Source of the DNA: an uncultured Candidatus Saccharibacteria bacterium
GTDB taxonomy: Bacteria > Patescibacteriota > Saccharimonadia > Saccharimonadales > Saccharimonadaceae
Assembly (NCBI GenBank): GCA_963554165.1
Contig: CAUVQR010000002.1
Location: 124,145-188,144, forward strand
DNA: 64,000 nt
Direction: 5' to 3'
The position numbers were made by a program, and so were the translations under genes. Position 1 is the stretch's first letter, and each line of letters begins with the position of its first letter. The notes under the pieces are model-generated. The model searched no databases. It had not been told where the DNA came from and saw nothing but the letters and a program-made list of their open reading frames with translations. Positions 17,775 through 26,678 of this stretch are shown piece by piece.

Positions 17775-20462
17775 CTACGATCGCCGTTTGCGGAGTATCC
17801 ACACTCCGCCACCGCCTAGCGCAATTGCGCCGAGGGTAGCGGGGAGGATGCTATCGCCGGTGTTGGCGAGGAGCCCGCCGCGGTGGGGTGAGCTGCCCGT
17901 AGAGTCGGCGTGCGACGTGTCTTCGTAAATGGCGATGGGGTCGAGGATCGTGCCGTTGGCAGTGCCGTCTTCGTCACCAAAGCCGCCGTCGGTTACGTCG
18001 TAAGCGATGGTTGTGCGTGTGCCGCTGGGGTTTGTGCCAAAGTTGATCCGGCTTGTGATGTCTTCGATGATCGAGCCACCTTTGGCAAGTTTGAGCACGG
18101 TGAGGCGGCTTGGGTCACGGTAGTGCTTGCTCAGTGTGAGGGCTACATGGGTAGTGTAGCCAGTGTGGGATGTGTGCTCAGCACAGGTGATGGTAAAGCG
18201 CACGCTATAGCGCAGCGCTCGGCCTTGGTACTGTGCGGGGGCGGTTGCTGGCTCGGCTGAGGCAATGTGGCTGCACGGTTTGCCGGCCGTAGCGAGCGAT
18301 ACCGCACCGCCGTGTGGCTGGGTAATGGTAGTTGAGTTGGTTGGCTGCTTTGGCTGCTTGGGTGTTGGTGTGGATGGGGCAGATGTGATGGCATTTAGTC
18401 GAGCCTGGAGAGCGGCTTGTTTGCGTGCATCCTTAACGGCGGCAATGCGGGCCTGGGCTGCGGCAATGTCTGCAGGGCTCTTGCTGGCTTCGGCTCGGGC
18501 CACAGCAGCTTCGGCAGCGGCCAGTGTGCCGTCCTCTACCGGTGGGGTAGTGGTGTACACCATGCCACCGTAGGCAGCAGCTACCAGCTTGCTCCCATCA
18601 GCCGAGCTGGCAAGAGCCGACCAGTTGGGCACGCCAGGCGACGTCTGAGCTACCCACGTTGCACCGCCGTCGGTCGATACGTAGATATAACCACCACCGC
18701 CAGCTGTTGCAGCGAGGGTACTGCCATCGGCCGAGATGGTTGCTGCTGTCCAGTTGTGCCGGCCGTCCACGCTGCGCTCCGTCCACGTCGCGCCACCGTC
18801 GGCCGAAGTGTAGATATAGCCACCAGCGGCTGTTGCGACCAGTTTTGTGCCATCGGGCGAGCTGGCAATTGATGTCCAGGTGCGGTTGCCAGCTTGGGCG
18901 CGTTCTGTCCAGGTCTTGCCGCCGTCTAAGGAGGTGTAGATAGCACCGTCTTCGACGACTGCAGCTAGTTTATTGCCATCAGCCGAGCTCGTGACGGCGC
19001 GCCATTTGCGGCTGCCCGACTTTGGCTGCTCCGTCCACGTTGCACCGCTATCGCGCGAGGTGTAGATAACGTGATCCTTGGCGACAGCCACCAGCTTATT
19101 ACCATCAGCCGAGCTCGCGATCGACATCCAGTTGATCGAGCCACTCATCGCGTGCTTGTGCCACGTCGCGCCGCCGTCTTGTGATGTGATGATGTAGCCG
19201 CCCCAGTCGTAGAGTGCTGCAAGCTTGCTTCCATCGGCCGAGCTTGCGATGCTCACCCAGTTGCGCACCTCAGACTTTGGCTGCTCCGTCCAGGTTGCGC
19301 CACCATCGCGCGAGGTGTGGATTGTGCCACCCCAGGCGGCAGCCGCTAGGTTACTTCCATCGGCCGAGCTGGCAAGGGCCGACCATTTGCGGTCGCCCGC
19401 GGCATCATGCTTGGCCCATTTTGTGCCGGTTTCGGGCACTACTGTTGCAGGTGGCTGTGTGCCCGCACCCTTTTGGAAGACGCGCACATAGTCGATCAGC
19501 ATCGTCTGGGTGGGGAATGGTTCGGATGGGTCGATAGGGCTGAGGTTTTTGCTAATCTCTACATAGTCGTTGAGGATAAATTGCCAGCCACGGTGGAATG
19601 CCCCATTGATATTCTCTTGGCTGGCGACCTTCGTGAGTGGCTCAGAGTCCTTCCGAGGAGTGATATTACCATCATTGGTAGGGCTCACATGGTAGCGATA
19701 TACCTTGATGGGCTGGTCGTCTACAAAGTACTTCACCATTGTGCCGTCGTACTCAACGGCCCAGGTGTGCCACTCGTAGGCAAACGAGCCTGGCCGCGCA
19801 CCAGCATAGTGCTCACCACTGTGCGAGAGGGAGCGTGTCCGCCAGCCGGTCTTCCATTTGCCATCGACGCCGTGGTGGTAGCACGACATGTGGGTGGTCG
19901 ACCACGCGTAATTTGGTGTGGATGAATACCATTCAATGATGTCTAGCTCGCCGTATGGGTCGTTGGCCTTGGGGTTGTCGTTGCAGTTTTGTAGCGTATT
20001 GCCGCTCACCATCCACAGCGATGGCCGCGTGCCACGCTTGCCATTCCAATTAAACTTCGCCCGAATCTCGGCTCGGAAGGGCTTGGTGCCGTCCACAACC
20101 TTACCCTTGTTTTTGACCCGTCCACTGAGGTAGCGGGTTGTGGTGCCGCTGGGGCAGGGCTGCTCACTCATATTGGCACTGGTGAGTGGCTCGTTCAAGT
20201 TGCTCACACAGTGGCGCTGCGTGGTAATCTCGAGATGGCTGTTGGCAACCTTGAGATTATTTGGGCTGTAGGCGAGGTGGGTATTGCGTAAGTTGTCAGT
20301 ATTTTGCTTCAGTATGTCCCACTCACCAGACACAGCCGAGCCAGTAAATTCGTCATGCCACACCATACCCCATTGGTCGGCATGTGTTGTGCCATGATAG
20401 AGAAGTGCAAGCAACACAACACTACCAAGTGCCGCAAGCACAATGATTGCTTTTTTTATCAC
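17775..20462 (-). CDS. cell-wall-anchored glycoside hydrolase family 16 (beta-glucanase type) fused to an Asp-box propeller, LAxTG sorting signal
   Basis: GH16 catalytic motif GELDIIEW. Six to seven (S/T)-x-DGGATW boxes. C-terminal LANTG + TM helix + RKRRS. Probable GTG start at 20462 after AGGGGGA and a signal/anchor helix. Confidence 0.8.
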   Translation of the reverse strand: MIKKAIIVLAALGSVVLLALLYHGTTHADQWGMVWHDEFTGSAVSGEWDILKQNTDNLRNTHLAYSPNNLKVANSHLEITTQRHCVSNLNEPLTSANMSEQPCPSGTTTRYLSGRVKNKGKVVDGTKPFRAEIRAKFNWNGKRGTRPSLWMVSGNTLQNCNDNPKANDPYGELDIIEWYSSTPNYAWSTTHMSCYHHGVDGKWKTGWRTRSLSHSGEHYAGARPGSFAYEWHTWAVEYDGTMVKYFVDDQPIKVYRYHVSPTNDGNITPRKDSEPLTKVASQENINGAFHRGWQFILNDYVEISKNLSPIDPSEPFPTQTMLIDYVRVFQKGAGTQPPATVVPETGTKWAKHDAAGDRKWSALASSADGSNLAAAAWGGTIHTSRDGGATWTEQPKSEVRNWVSIASSADGSKLAALYDWGGYIITSQDGGATWHKHAMSGSINWMSIASSADGNKLVAVAKDHVIYTSRDSGATWTEQPKSGSRKWRAVTSSADGNKLAAVVEDGAIYTSLDGGKTWTERAQAGNRTWTSIASSPDGTKLVATAAGGYIYTSADGGATWTERSVDGRHNWTAATISADGSTLAATAGGGGYIYVSTDGGATWVAQTSPGVPNWSALASSADGSKLVAAAYGGMVYTTTPPVEDGTLAAAEAAVARAEASKSPADIAAAQARIAAVKDARKQAALQARLNAITSAPSTPTPKQPKQPTNSTTITQPHGGAVSLATAGKPCSHIASAEPATAPAQYQGRALRYSVRFTITCAEHTSHTGYTTHVALTLSKHYRDPSRLTVLKLAKGGSIIEDITSRINFGTNPSGTRTTIAYDVTDGGFGDEDGTANGTILDPIAIYEDTSHADSTGSSPHRGGLLANTGDSILPATLGAIALGGGGVWILRKRRS

Positions 20463-20762
20463 CGTTTTGTCCCCCTGTTTTTGTCTAAAAACGTTATGAG
20501 CATGATTATAACGCTTATGGTTAGTTTTTTGCAAGGGGTGGGGTTGCAATCGTATGATGCTCACCGCTAGCTGTCGATATCTGCCCAGCAAGAGGGGAGT
20601 GCTGCCCCGTGGTATCAGTAGTTATCCACATGATTTCCACAGTACGATGTGGTTTTTACACTGCTACAGAGATGGGCTCGTAGGGGGCGATATTTTGGGC
20701 TATTACAACAGAAGGCGGTGGGGTATACTAGAGGCACAACAACCTAACACGAAGGAGGGTGT

Positions 20763-21623
20763 ATGACGAAGTTAATTAACTATTCGCTGGCTGGCGTGGC
20801 AGTGGCGGCGGCCATGGTGTGCCTGGGTGGTGCACCAGCCCATGCGACCGAGCAAGAGCTGAGTACAGCGCGTGCAGCGTGTAGTGCAGTGGTAGGCCAA
20901 GTCAAGGCGGCCAATGCATATGCCTACTGGAAGATGCCTGAGGGCTACCCAGAGGACCGCAGTGCCGACGCAACCAACAGCTTCCGCCAGCAGCACGGCT
21001 GGGTGGTGGCCGGCACAGAGGTATACGACTGGGCATCCAACGAAGCCTTCGCCAATAGCGGACGCTTCGTCTGGGGGAGCAAGACAGTCAACTTTGCGCC
21101 AGGGAACTTCTGCTTGAGCAGTGGCAAGACGACGGGTGGCCGCGAGCTCCTTCTTACCTTCCAAAAGGATGGCAACTTAGTGCTCTACAGCCACACTGGT
21201 ACGGCTCAGTGGGCATCTAATACTCAGGGCAAGGGTGCGCGCCTGGCCTTCCAGGGCGATCGCAACATCGTCGTGTATGACAAGAATAACAAAGCTATCT
21301 GGGCATCAAGCTGGCAGTGGAGTACGCCACGCCGCGGTGCCAAGATTGCTCAGCCTGGCCAGCGCTGGTGGCACGGCTATGCCAAGGCGCAGCAAACGCC
21401 AGAGTGGTTCCACGCAACACGCCGTGCCACAAACAAGCCGCAAAGCACTGGCGTGCTCACCCTGCGGGCGACCGACCGCACCATCGAGGGCATCCCCGAG
21501 ACCAACTGGGCCTCGCCACAGTACCCACACAGTGCAACCTATGGCTCGTTCACAGTCACCAACGAAGCACAAGGCGATGGCATACGAAACCACGTCAACA
21601 TCGTTGGGACGTTTGATAACTAA
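20763..21623 (+). CDS. secreted bulb-type (monocot mannose-binding) lectin-domain protein, paralogue 1
   Basis: SD GAAGGAGGG. Signal peptide ...GGAPAHA. Two intact QxDxNxVxY motifs (FQKDGNLVLY, FQGDRNIVVY). Unknown C-terminal module of about 100 aa. Confidence 0.8.
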   Translation: MTKLINYSLAGVAVAAAMVCLGGAPAHATEQELSTARAACSAVVGQVKAANAYAYWKMPEGYPEDRSADATNSFRQQHGWVVAGTEVYDWASNEAFANSGRFVWGSKTVNFAPGNFCLSSGKTTGGRELLLTFQKDGNLVLYSHTGTAQWASNTQGKGARLAFQGDRNIVVYDKNNKAIWASSWQWSTPRRGAKIAQPGQRWWHGYAKAQQTPEWFHATRRATNKPQSTGVLTLRATDRTIEGIPETNWASPQYPHSATYGSFTVTNEAQGDGIRNHVNIVGTFDN

Positions 21624-21669
21624 CCTGCGCTTGTCGCTAGTGAGTAAGTGTCTCGCTTAGCGTGCTTAC

Positions 21670-21698
21670 CCCCGCATCAGATGATGGTGCGGGGCTTT
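21670..21698 (+). terminator. hairpin after lectin gene 1
   Basis: 10-bp stem CCCCGCATCA/TGATGGTGCGGGG region (one G-U pair), then CTTTGG. Confidence 0.5.
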
Positions 21699-21881
21699 GG
21701 TAGGTGGATGGTTTGTATTAGAGAGAAGAAGCGGGAGTGTGGTATTCTTGCGTGTAGAAAAACAGAGGTATCTCAGATAGTTGTCGATTGTGCATCATTT
21801 GTGTCTTTTTTGTTTTATATGCATTGGCTATAATCAGGCATATATATTAGCCTAACTCTTCTCTACAAAGGAGTGATGACA

Positions 21882-22766
21882 ATGAAAAAGTTAGCAATCT
21901 ACCCGCTGGCCGGTGCGGCAGTGGCGGCTGCATTGGTGTGCTTTGGTGGTGCACAAGCTGGTGCGACCCAGCGCGAGATCAGTGACGCCCGCAATACATG
22001 TAGCGCAATGACAGGCCAAGTCAAGAGTATGGGCTCATACGACTACTGGAAGTCAACTGAGGGCAACCGTGGCCAGGGTGCTGCGAGTGGCCCTAAGAAT
22101 AAATTTTTCGACGCTTACCACTGGAAGCTGAGCGGTGGTGAATATTACGATGCAAAGACAAAGGCTACCTACCAGCGCACCGGTATCTTTACATGGGGCA
22201 ATAAGATCGTCAACTTCACCCCAAATCACTTCTGTCTGACGACTGGCAAAACCAGTGGCGGCCGTGAATTCATCCTTACCTTCCAAAAGGATGGCAACCT
22301 GGTACTCTACAGCCACACTGGCGCTGCCCAGTGGTCATCCAACACCCAAGGCAAGGGCACACGCCTGGCCTTCCAGAGTGACCGCAATATCGTCGTGTAC
22401 GACAAGAACAACAAGGCTGTGTGGGCATCCAGCTGGTACTGGACGTTGCCACGCCGCGGTACCAAGATCAACCAGCCTGGCCAGCACTGGTGGGACAAGC
22501 GTGCTAAGGCACAGCCAGCACCAGAGTGGTTCCAAGCCTCACGCCGTGTCACGACCAAGCCGCAGGATGAGGGCAGCATTCGGATGGATGCATCTGACCG
22601 CACCATGAACGATATCGACGAAGTGCAGTGGGCACCAGGCTATAAGCCAAACGAGCTGCGCCATATTTCGGCAAGCTACGGCGCCATGACCGTAAGTAAC
22701 TGGATCAACAACCCAGACGGCACCACAACGGGCTCGACCAACATCACTGCGACGTTCAATAACTAA
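21882..22766 (+). CDS. secreted bulb-type lectin-domain protein, paralogue 2
   Basis: Collinear with paralogue 1 (MKKLAIYPLAGAAVAAALVCFGGAQAGA; FQKDGNLVLY; FQSDRNIVVY). SD AAAGGAG. Confidence 0.8.
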   Translation: MKKLAIYPLAGAAVAAALVCFGGAQAGATQREISDARNTCSAMTGQVKSMGSYDYWKSTEGNRGQGAASGPKNKFFDAYHWKLSGGEYYDAKTKATYQRTGIFTWGNKIVNFTPNHFCLTTGKTSGGREFILTFQKDGNLVLYSHTGAAQWSSNTQGKGTRLAFQSDRNIVVYDKNNKAVWASSWYWTLPRRGTKINQPGQHWWDKRAKAQPAPEWFQASRRVTTKPQDEGSIRMDASDRTMNDIDEVQWAPGYKPNELRHISASYGAMTVSNWINNPDGTTTGSTNITATFNN

Positions 22767-22789
22767 GCCACGCTCCGCAGCACGCAAGC

Positions 22790-22817
22790 AACCCCACGCT
22801 ATCGATAGTGTGGGGTT
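22790..22817 (+). terminator. hairpin after lectin gene 2
   Basis: 14-bp stem AACCCCACGCTATC/GATAGTGTGGGGTT (one G-U pair). Weak T tract. Confidence 0.5.
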
Positions 22818-22929
22818 GTTGGGTGCAGGGTGCTCTTGACTGATGTCAGTACAGGATGCCGGGGGTGGATTTGCACGTGTGGTTGCTTTGTATTATTATA
22901 AGAGCAAAACCAAACAGGGATTATACAAG

Positions 22930-23610
22930 ATGAAAACAATCTATATTCACGAATCTGGCACGTTGGACTTGGGCTGCCATAAGCCGTACTTCGTCATGGC
23001 AGCGTTGATGATTGACGACGAGAAAGCAGTCAAGCGGATGAAGAATTTGATCCGGCGAGTAAACGGCCACGTTTTGCGACGATACAAACCGGGGTCATTT
23101 CTTGTCGATTGGTACGTCAAAGAACATATTGAGCAGTATATTACGAAAAGCCTACCAGCTCGGGATGATCACTCTATTACTTATGTTGTGATGAAGCGTG
23201 ACAAAAAAGAGACGCGAATGCGCAATAAAGCAGCACGTATCCATATGCGGCAGGTGCTGCTGCGTCGATTGCTGCTCGATACACTGGTGCGGTGTCATGA
23301 GGATGTGCGTATCGTTGTGAGCAATAAGACGATCAAGGCGGCAGCGGCGCGTCAGATGCAGCGCTATATGCGACAGCAGGCGCGTGAGCATGGATACCAG
23401 CATACGCTTGTGATTGACGCGGTTGAGCTGCAAACTAACTATGGATTGCGTATGGCGCATTTTATTACCCGCCTTGTTTTTGTGACGTATATGCGGCCAG
23501 TGTATCTTGGTCGGGTGCTGCACAATCTCCCATTGGCGCGGCTCCGCATTGCAAAAGGTGAATTCATTCACGAGAGCCATACTGACTGGTTGATTGATCA
23601 GCTTGCTTGA
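22930..23610 (+). CDS. DUF3800-like protein
   Basis: N-terminus MKTIYIHESGTLDLG resembles the DUF3800 IYIDESG signature. Lower-GC gene. Confidence 0.5.
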   Translation: MKTIYIHESGTLDLGCHKPYFVMAALMIDDEKAVKRMKNLIRRVNGHVLRRYKPGSFLVDWYVKEHIEQYITKSLPARDDHSITYVVMKRDKKETRMRNKAARIHMRQVLLRRLLLDTLVRCHEDVRIVVSNKTIKAAAARQMQRYMRQQAREHGYQHTLVIDAVELQTNYGLRMAHFITRLVFVTYMRPVYLGRVLHNLPLARLRIAKGEFIHESHTDWLIDQLA

Positions 23611-23654
23611 TGATATACTAAGTGGGCACCACGTGTGGTGTCTGTGGAGTCAGT

Positions 23655-23717
23655 CTTATGTCTTGCTCAGTGTAGTGAGTGACGTGTATCACGTGGTACA
23701 CGTCACCGAGACATAAG
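23655..23717 (+). other. nested perfect hairpin (9-bp outer and 10-bp inner stems)
   Basis: CTTATGTCT...AGACATAAG encloses GTGACGTGTA-TCACGTGG-TACACGTCAC. Confidence 0.6.
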
Positions 23718-23724
23718 CATCCAT

Positions 23725-23752
23725 GGCGCGTTTGCTGAACGCGCCATTTTTT
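23725..23752 (+). terminator. intrinsic terminator
   Basis: GGCGCGTT-TGCTG-AACGCGCC followed by ATTTTTT. Confidence 0.7.
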
Positions 23753-23782
23753 GATGTCATATTCCTATAGATTATTATATTG

Positions 23783-23791
23783 TGATATAAT
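23783..23791 (+). promoter_or_regulatory. extended -10 box TGaTATAAT, 8 nt before the ATG at 23800, inside a 9-bp inverted repeat
   Basis: The arms of ATAGATTAT...ATAATCTAT flank and overlap the -10 box. No SD. Confidence 0.4.
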
Positions 23792-23799
23792 CTATCTCC

Positions 23800-24354
23800 A
23801 TGACAGAGAAGTTCCAAACATCAGCATACCCATCACCTGAAGACCCCAACGTGCAGATACATCTGCGCAATTTGCGAGCAAACGATGATGCGGATAAGGC
23901 ACGCCTTGGTGTGTGGTATGGTCTACACCGAAGTGCGGGTGATGTCTATGTGGCAGATATCGGGGTAGGGAATCAGCCGCATCATAAGGATTTGCGGGCT
24001 GAGATTGGCTTTAAATCTAAGGATTCATACCTGGTATTACCAGAGGATTTTGCTTATACACTTGGTTTTGCGTTTGGGCGCTACAATCCAGACAAGGCCG
24101 AGCAAGATGCTTATGGCGCTTCTTACGACTTGCAGGCAGAGCGCTTCCAACAGGCAGAGGTATCTGCCGCAACGACCGACGCCATTGTCCGCACAGCAAT
24201 GCTTGGAATGAAGTATGCGCTTGTGGTTGACGCAAAGCAGCTAGCCGATCTGCCACCGAGTGCGCAGCATCCTGATGCACAGCTTCTTATACCTGAAGAC
24301 TGGCAGGGCAAGGTCGACACGACAGGCATCGACCGCAGTGGCCGCCCAATATAA
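23800..24354 (+). CDS. hypothetical protein (ARLG...DIxxGN family, paralogue of 35650..36177)
   Basis: Ungapped similarity over about 36 residues to the 35650 ORF (ARLGVWYGL...DIGVGNQPHH vs ARLGMVTDL...DIAIGNYGGH). Confidence 0.55.
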   Translation: MTEKFQTSAYPSPEDPNVQIHLRNLRANDDADKARLGVWYGLHRSAGDVYVADIGVGNQPHHKDLRAEIGFKSKDSYLVLPEDFAYTLGFAFGRYNPDKAEQDAYGASYDLQAERFQQAEVSAATTDAIVRTAMLGMKYALVVDAKQLADLPPSAQHPDAQLLIPEDWQGKVDTTGIDRSGRPI

Positions 24355-24366
24355 CGAAGAGCACTC

Positions 24367-24903
24367 TTACTGATACACCGCCGGCTTCAGCACACCAATA
24401 TACGGCAGGTTACGGTAGTGCTGGCGGTAGTCTAGGCCGTAGCCTACCACGAATTCATTGGGGGTAGGGATGCCGATGTAGTCTGCCTGCACATCCACTG
24501 TGCGGCGCTCGGGTTTATCCAGCAGGGTGCAGAGCTTAGTACTGGCGGTGTGGCGCCCCGCAAAGAGTTCAAACAGCGCCTGGGCAGTGTGGCCCGTATC
24601 CACGATGTCTTCTACCAGCAGCACATGCCGGCCAGCCACGTCTGTATCGAGATCCTTGAGGATACGCACATTGCCAGTCGAGGTAAGCTCATCGCCATAG
24701 CTCGAGACGTCCATAAAGTCGATCTCCAGCATGCAATCCATCGCCCGCACCAGGTCGATCATAAAGGGCGCCGCCCCGCGCAGAATCCCCACCACCAGCG
24801 GGTTTTTATCGGCATATTCCTGGCTCAGCTGCTCGCCCAGACGCGCCACAGCATGCGCAATGTCATCTTTAGTAAAGAGGATTGTTTCGATATCATTATG
24901 CAT
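24367..24903 (-). CDS. hpt: hypoxanthine-guanine phosphoribosyltransferase
   Basis: PRPP motif [20 protein letters not shown]...D.MDVSSYG. Start set to ATG 24903 ([10 protein letters not shown]...). Confidence 0.9.
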   Translation of the reverse strand: MHNDIETILFTKDDIAHAVARLGEQLSQEYADKNPLVVGILRGAAPFMIDLVRAMDCMLEIDFMDVSSYGDELTSTGNVRILKDLDTDVAGRHVLLVEDIVDTGHTAQALFELFAGRHTASTKLCTLLDKPERRTVDVQADYIGIPTPNEFVVGYGLDYRQHYRNLPYIGVLKPAVYQ

Positions 24904-24987
24904 AAGGATTATTGTAGCAGATATGGGGTGCGGGGGCGAATTTTTGGAAGATGGGTGTAAGTGAGAAATGCGTGGAGGCGCGAACAA

Positions 24988-24996
24988 TGCTACAAT
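24988..24996 (+). promoter_or_regulatory. extended -10 box TGcTACAAT, 6 nt before the ATG at 25003
   Basis: Read directly. The geometry implies a leaderless mRNA. Confidence 0.45.
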
Positions 24997-25002
24997 ACCA
25001 TC

Positions 25003-25572
25003 ATGACACAACGTACCATTCCACCCCATGCTCGGATGATTCCGCCCGAGGCACAGTGTGTCTTTGCGGGCGAGATATTTAGTGTTTATCAGTGGCCACA
25101 GCGGCTCTATGATGGCTCGGTGGCGACCTTCGAGATGGTGCGCCGGCCCGATACGGTGTTCGTTATTGCAGTGGATGATGTGGGCAACGTACTGGTGAAT
25201 GACGAGGAGCAGCCAGGCGGCATTGTGCGGCGTGGCCACTTGCCAGCGGGGCGGGTCGACCCTGAGGATGCAACCATCATCGCGGCAGCCCAGCGCGAAC
25301 TGCGCGAGGAGACAGGCTGGGAGTTTGCCGACTGGCAGCTGCTGGAAGTGGTGCAGCCCGAAACAAAGATGGAATGGTTTGAATATCTCATACTAGCCCG
25401 GCAACCAGTACGCCACATGCCACCACACTGCGATGCAGGTGAGCGTATTACCACTCGAGCAATCTCCTGGCACGAACTCGTGCAATCAGAGGTGCTGCTG
25501 CGGCACTTCCCATGGCTGCGCGATGTTGCCTCGGTGGAGGAGCTTGCGCCGTGCCATAGGGGTAGCCTATAG
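25003..25572 (+). CDS. NUDIX hydrolase
   Basis: Nudix box [24 protein letters not shown]. Confidence 0.85.
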   Translation: MTQRTIPPHARMIPPEAQCVFAGEIFSVYQWPQRLYDGSVATFEMVRRPDTVFVIAVDDVGNVLVNDEEQPGGIVRRGHLPAGRVDPEDATIIAAAQRELREETGWEFADWQLLEVVQPETKMEWFEYLILARQPVRHMPPHCDAGERITTRAISWHELVQSEVLLRHFPWLRDVASVEELAPCHRGSL

Positions 25573-25693
25573 AGGGAATAGGGGTGTGGGTATATCATAT
25601 TCTTATCTAGGGTATAGCTAAAACTAGTCGATTACATATACAACAGGGCAAGACAATTGCTCTTCCTGCCAGATACGGTATAATAAAGAAATT

Positions 25694-26497
25694 ATGAATC
25701 GACCTATCAAGCAAATAAAACAGATCAAGCAGCAGGGCAAACTCCTGCGGATTTTTTGGCAGGCGCTGGCAGTGGCGACGGTGGTGGTGAGCGTGAAGTT
25801 TGTCCTGCACCGCATGGGGTGGGAGCCGATTGAGCAGAGCTCATTGCATAATAGCGTCATATCCAGCGTGACCTTTGTGATTGGTTTTTTGCTCTCGGCT
25901 ACGATTGCCGATTACAAAGAGTCGGAGCGGATCCCAGCGGAGTTTGCGGCGCTACTAGAGGATATGTATGATGACGCCGCGGCAATTCATCAGAGCTATC
26001 CGGTGTTTGATCTCGATGGCTTTCGCCGCCAGCTGTATGCTGTAGCCCAGGGGTTTTCGAGCGATGTGCGTCACTCGGCCTACGATGCCCGGCAGGACAT
26101 CCGAGGCTTAACGCCGTATTTTGCCACGATGGAGCAGGGCAATGTGCCACCCAACTTCATCGTCAAGCTCAAGCAGCAGCAGACGGTGCTGCTTCGCCAC
26201 CGCCATCGGGTCGATTACATTCAGCGGATCCGCTTTATTCCCTCGGCATCTATCTTGGCGCGCTCTATTGTGGTGGCATTGCTTGGTCTCTTGCTTATTA
26301 CCAACATCGACCCATTTGTCGCCAGCCTGACGGTGGTGGGGCTGATCAGCTTTGTCTTGGTGTATATGATCATCCTCATCCACGTTATCAGCACGCCCTT
26401 CCACAAGGCTGGCAAAACCCGCGACGACGTAAGCCTATTCCTTATCCACGATGCGGAGGAATATCTGAGCAGCCCACGCGACACGGCGGGTAAATAG
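25694..26497 (+). CDS. membrane protein (possibly bestrophin/UPF0187-like)
   Basis: Two N-terminal and two C-terminal TM helices around a soluble core. The family resemblance is weak and from memory. Confidence 0.5.
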   Translation: MNRPIKQIKQIKQQGKLLRIFWQALAVATVVVSVKFVLHRMGWEPIEQSSLHNSVISSVTFVIGFLLSATIADYKESERIPAEFAALLEDMYDDAAAIHQSYPVFDLDGFRRQLYAVAQGFSSDVRHSAYDARQDIRGLTPYFATMEQGNVPPNFIVKLKQQQTVLLRHRHRVDYIQRIRFIPSASILARSIVVALLGLLLITNIDPFVASLTVVGLISFVLVYMIILIHVISTPFHKAGKTRDDVSLFLIHDAEEYLSSPRDTAGK

Positions 26498-26678
26498 ATC
26501 ACCACGATAGCGAATCTCTGTGCTTTATCAATAAAGATATAGATAACAGGGGTATTATTACCCATAGAATAGAGGTATACGGCTATAGCAGCCCCCTTTT
26601 CGCTAGTAGGTGGCTCGCTATTATCGCCCAACATTGCTATAATAAGACTGTACCAACACTAACCATGGAGGATCTCAC

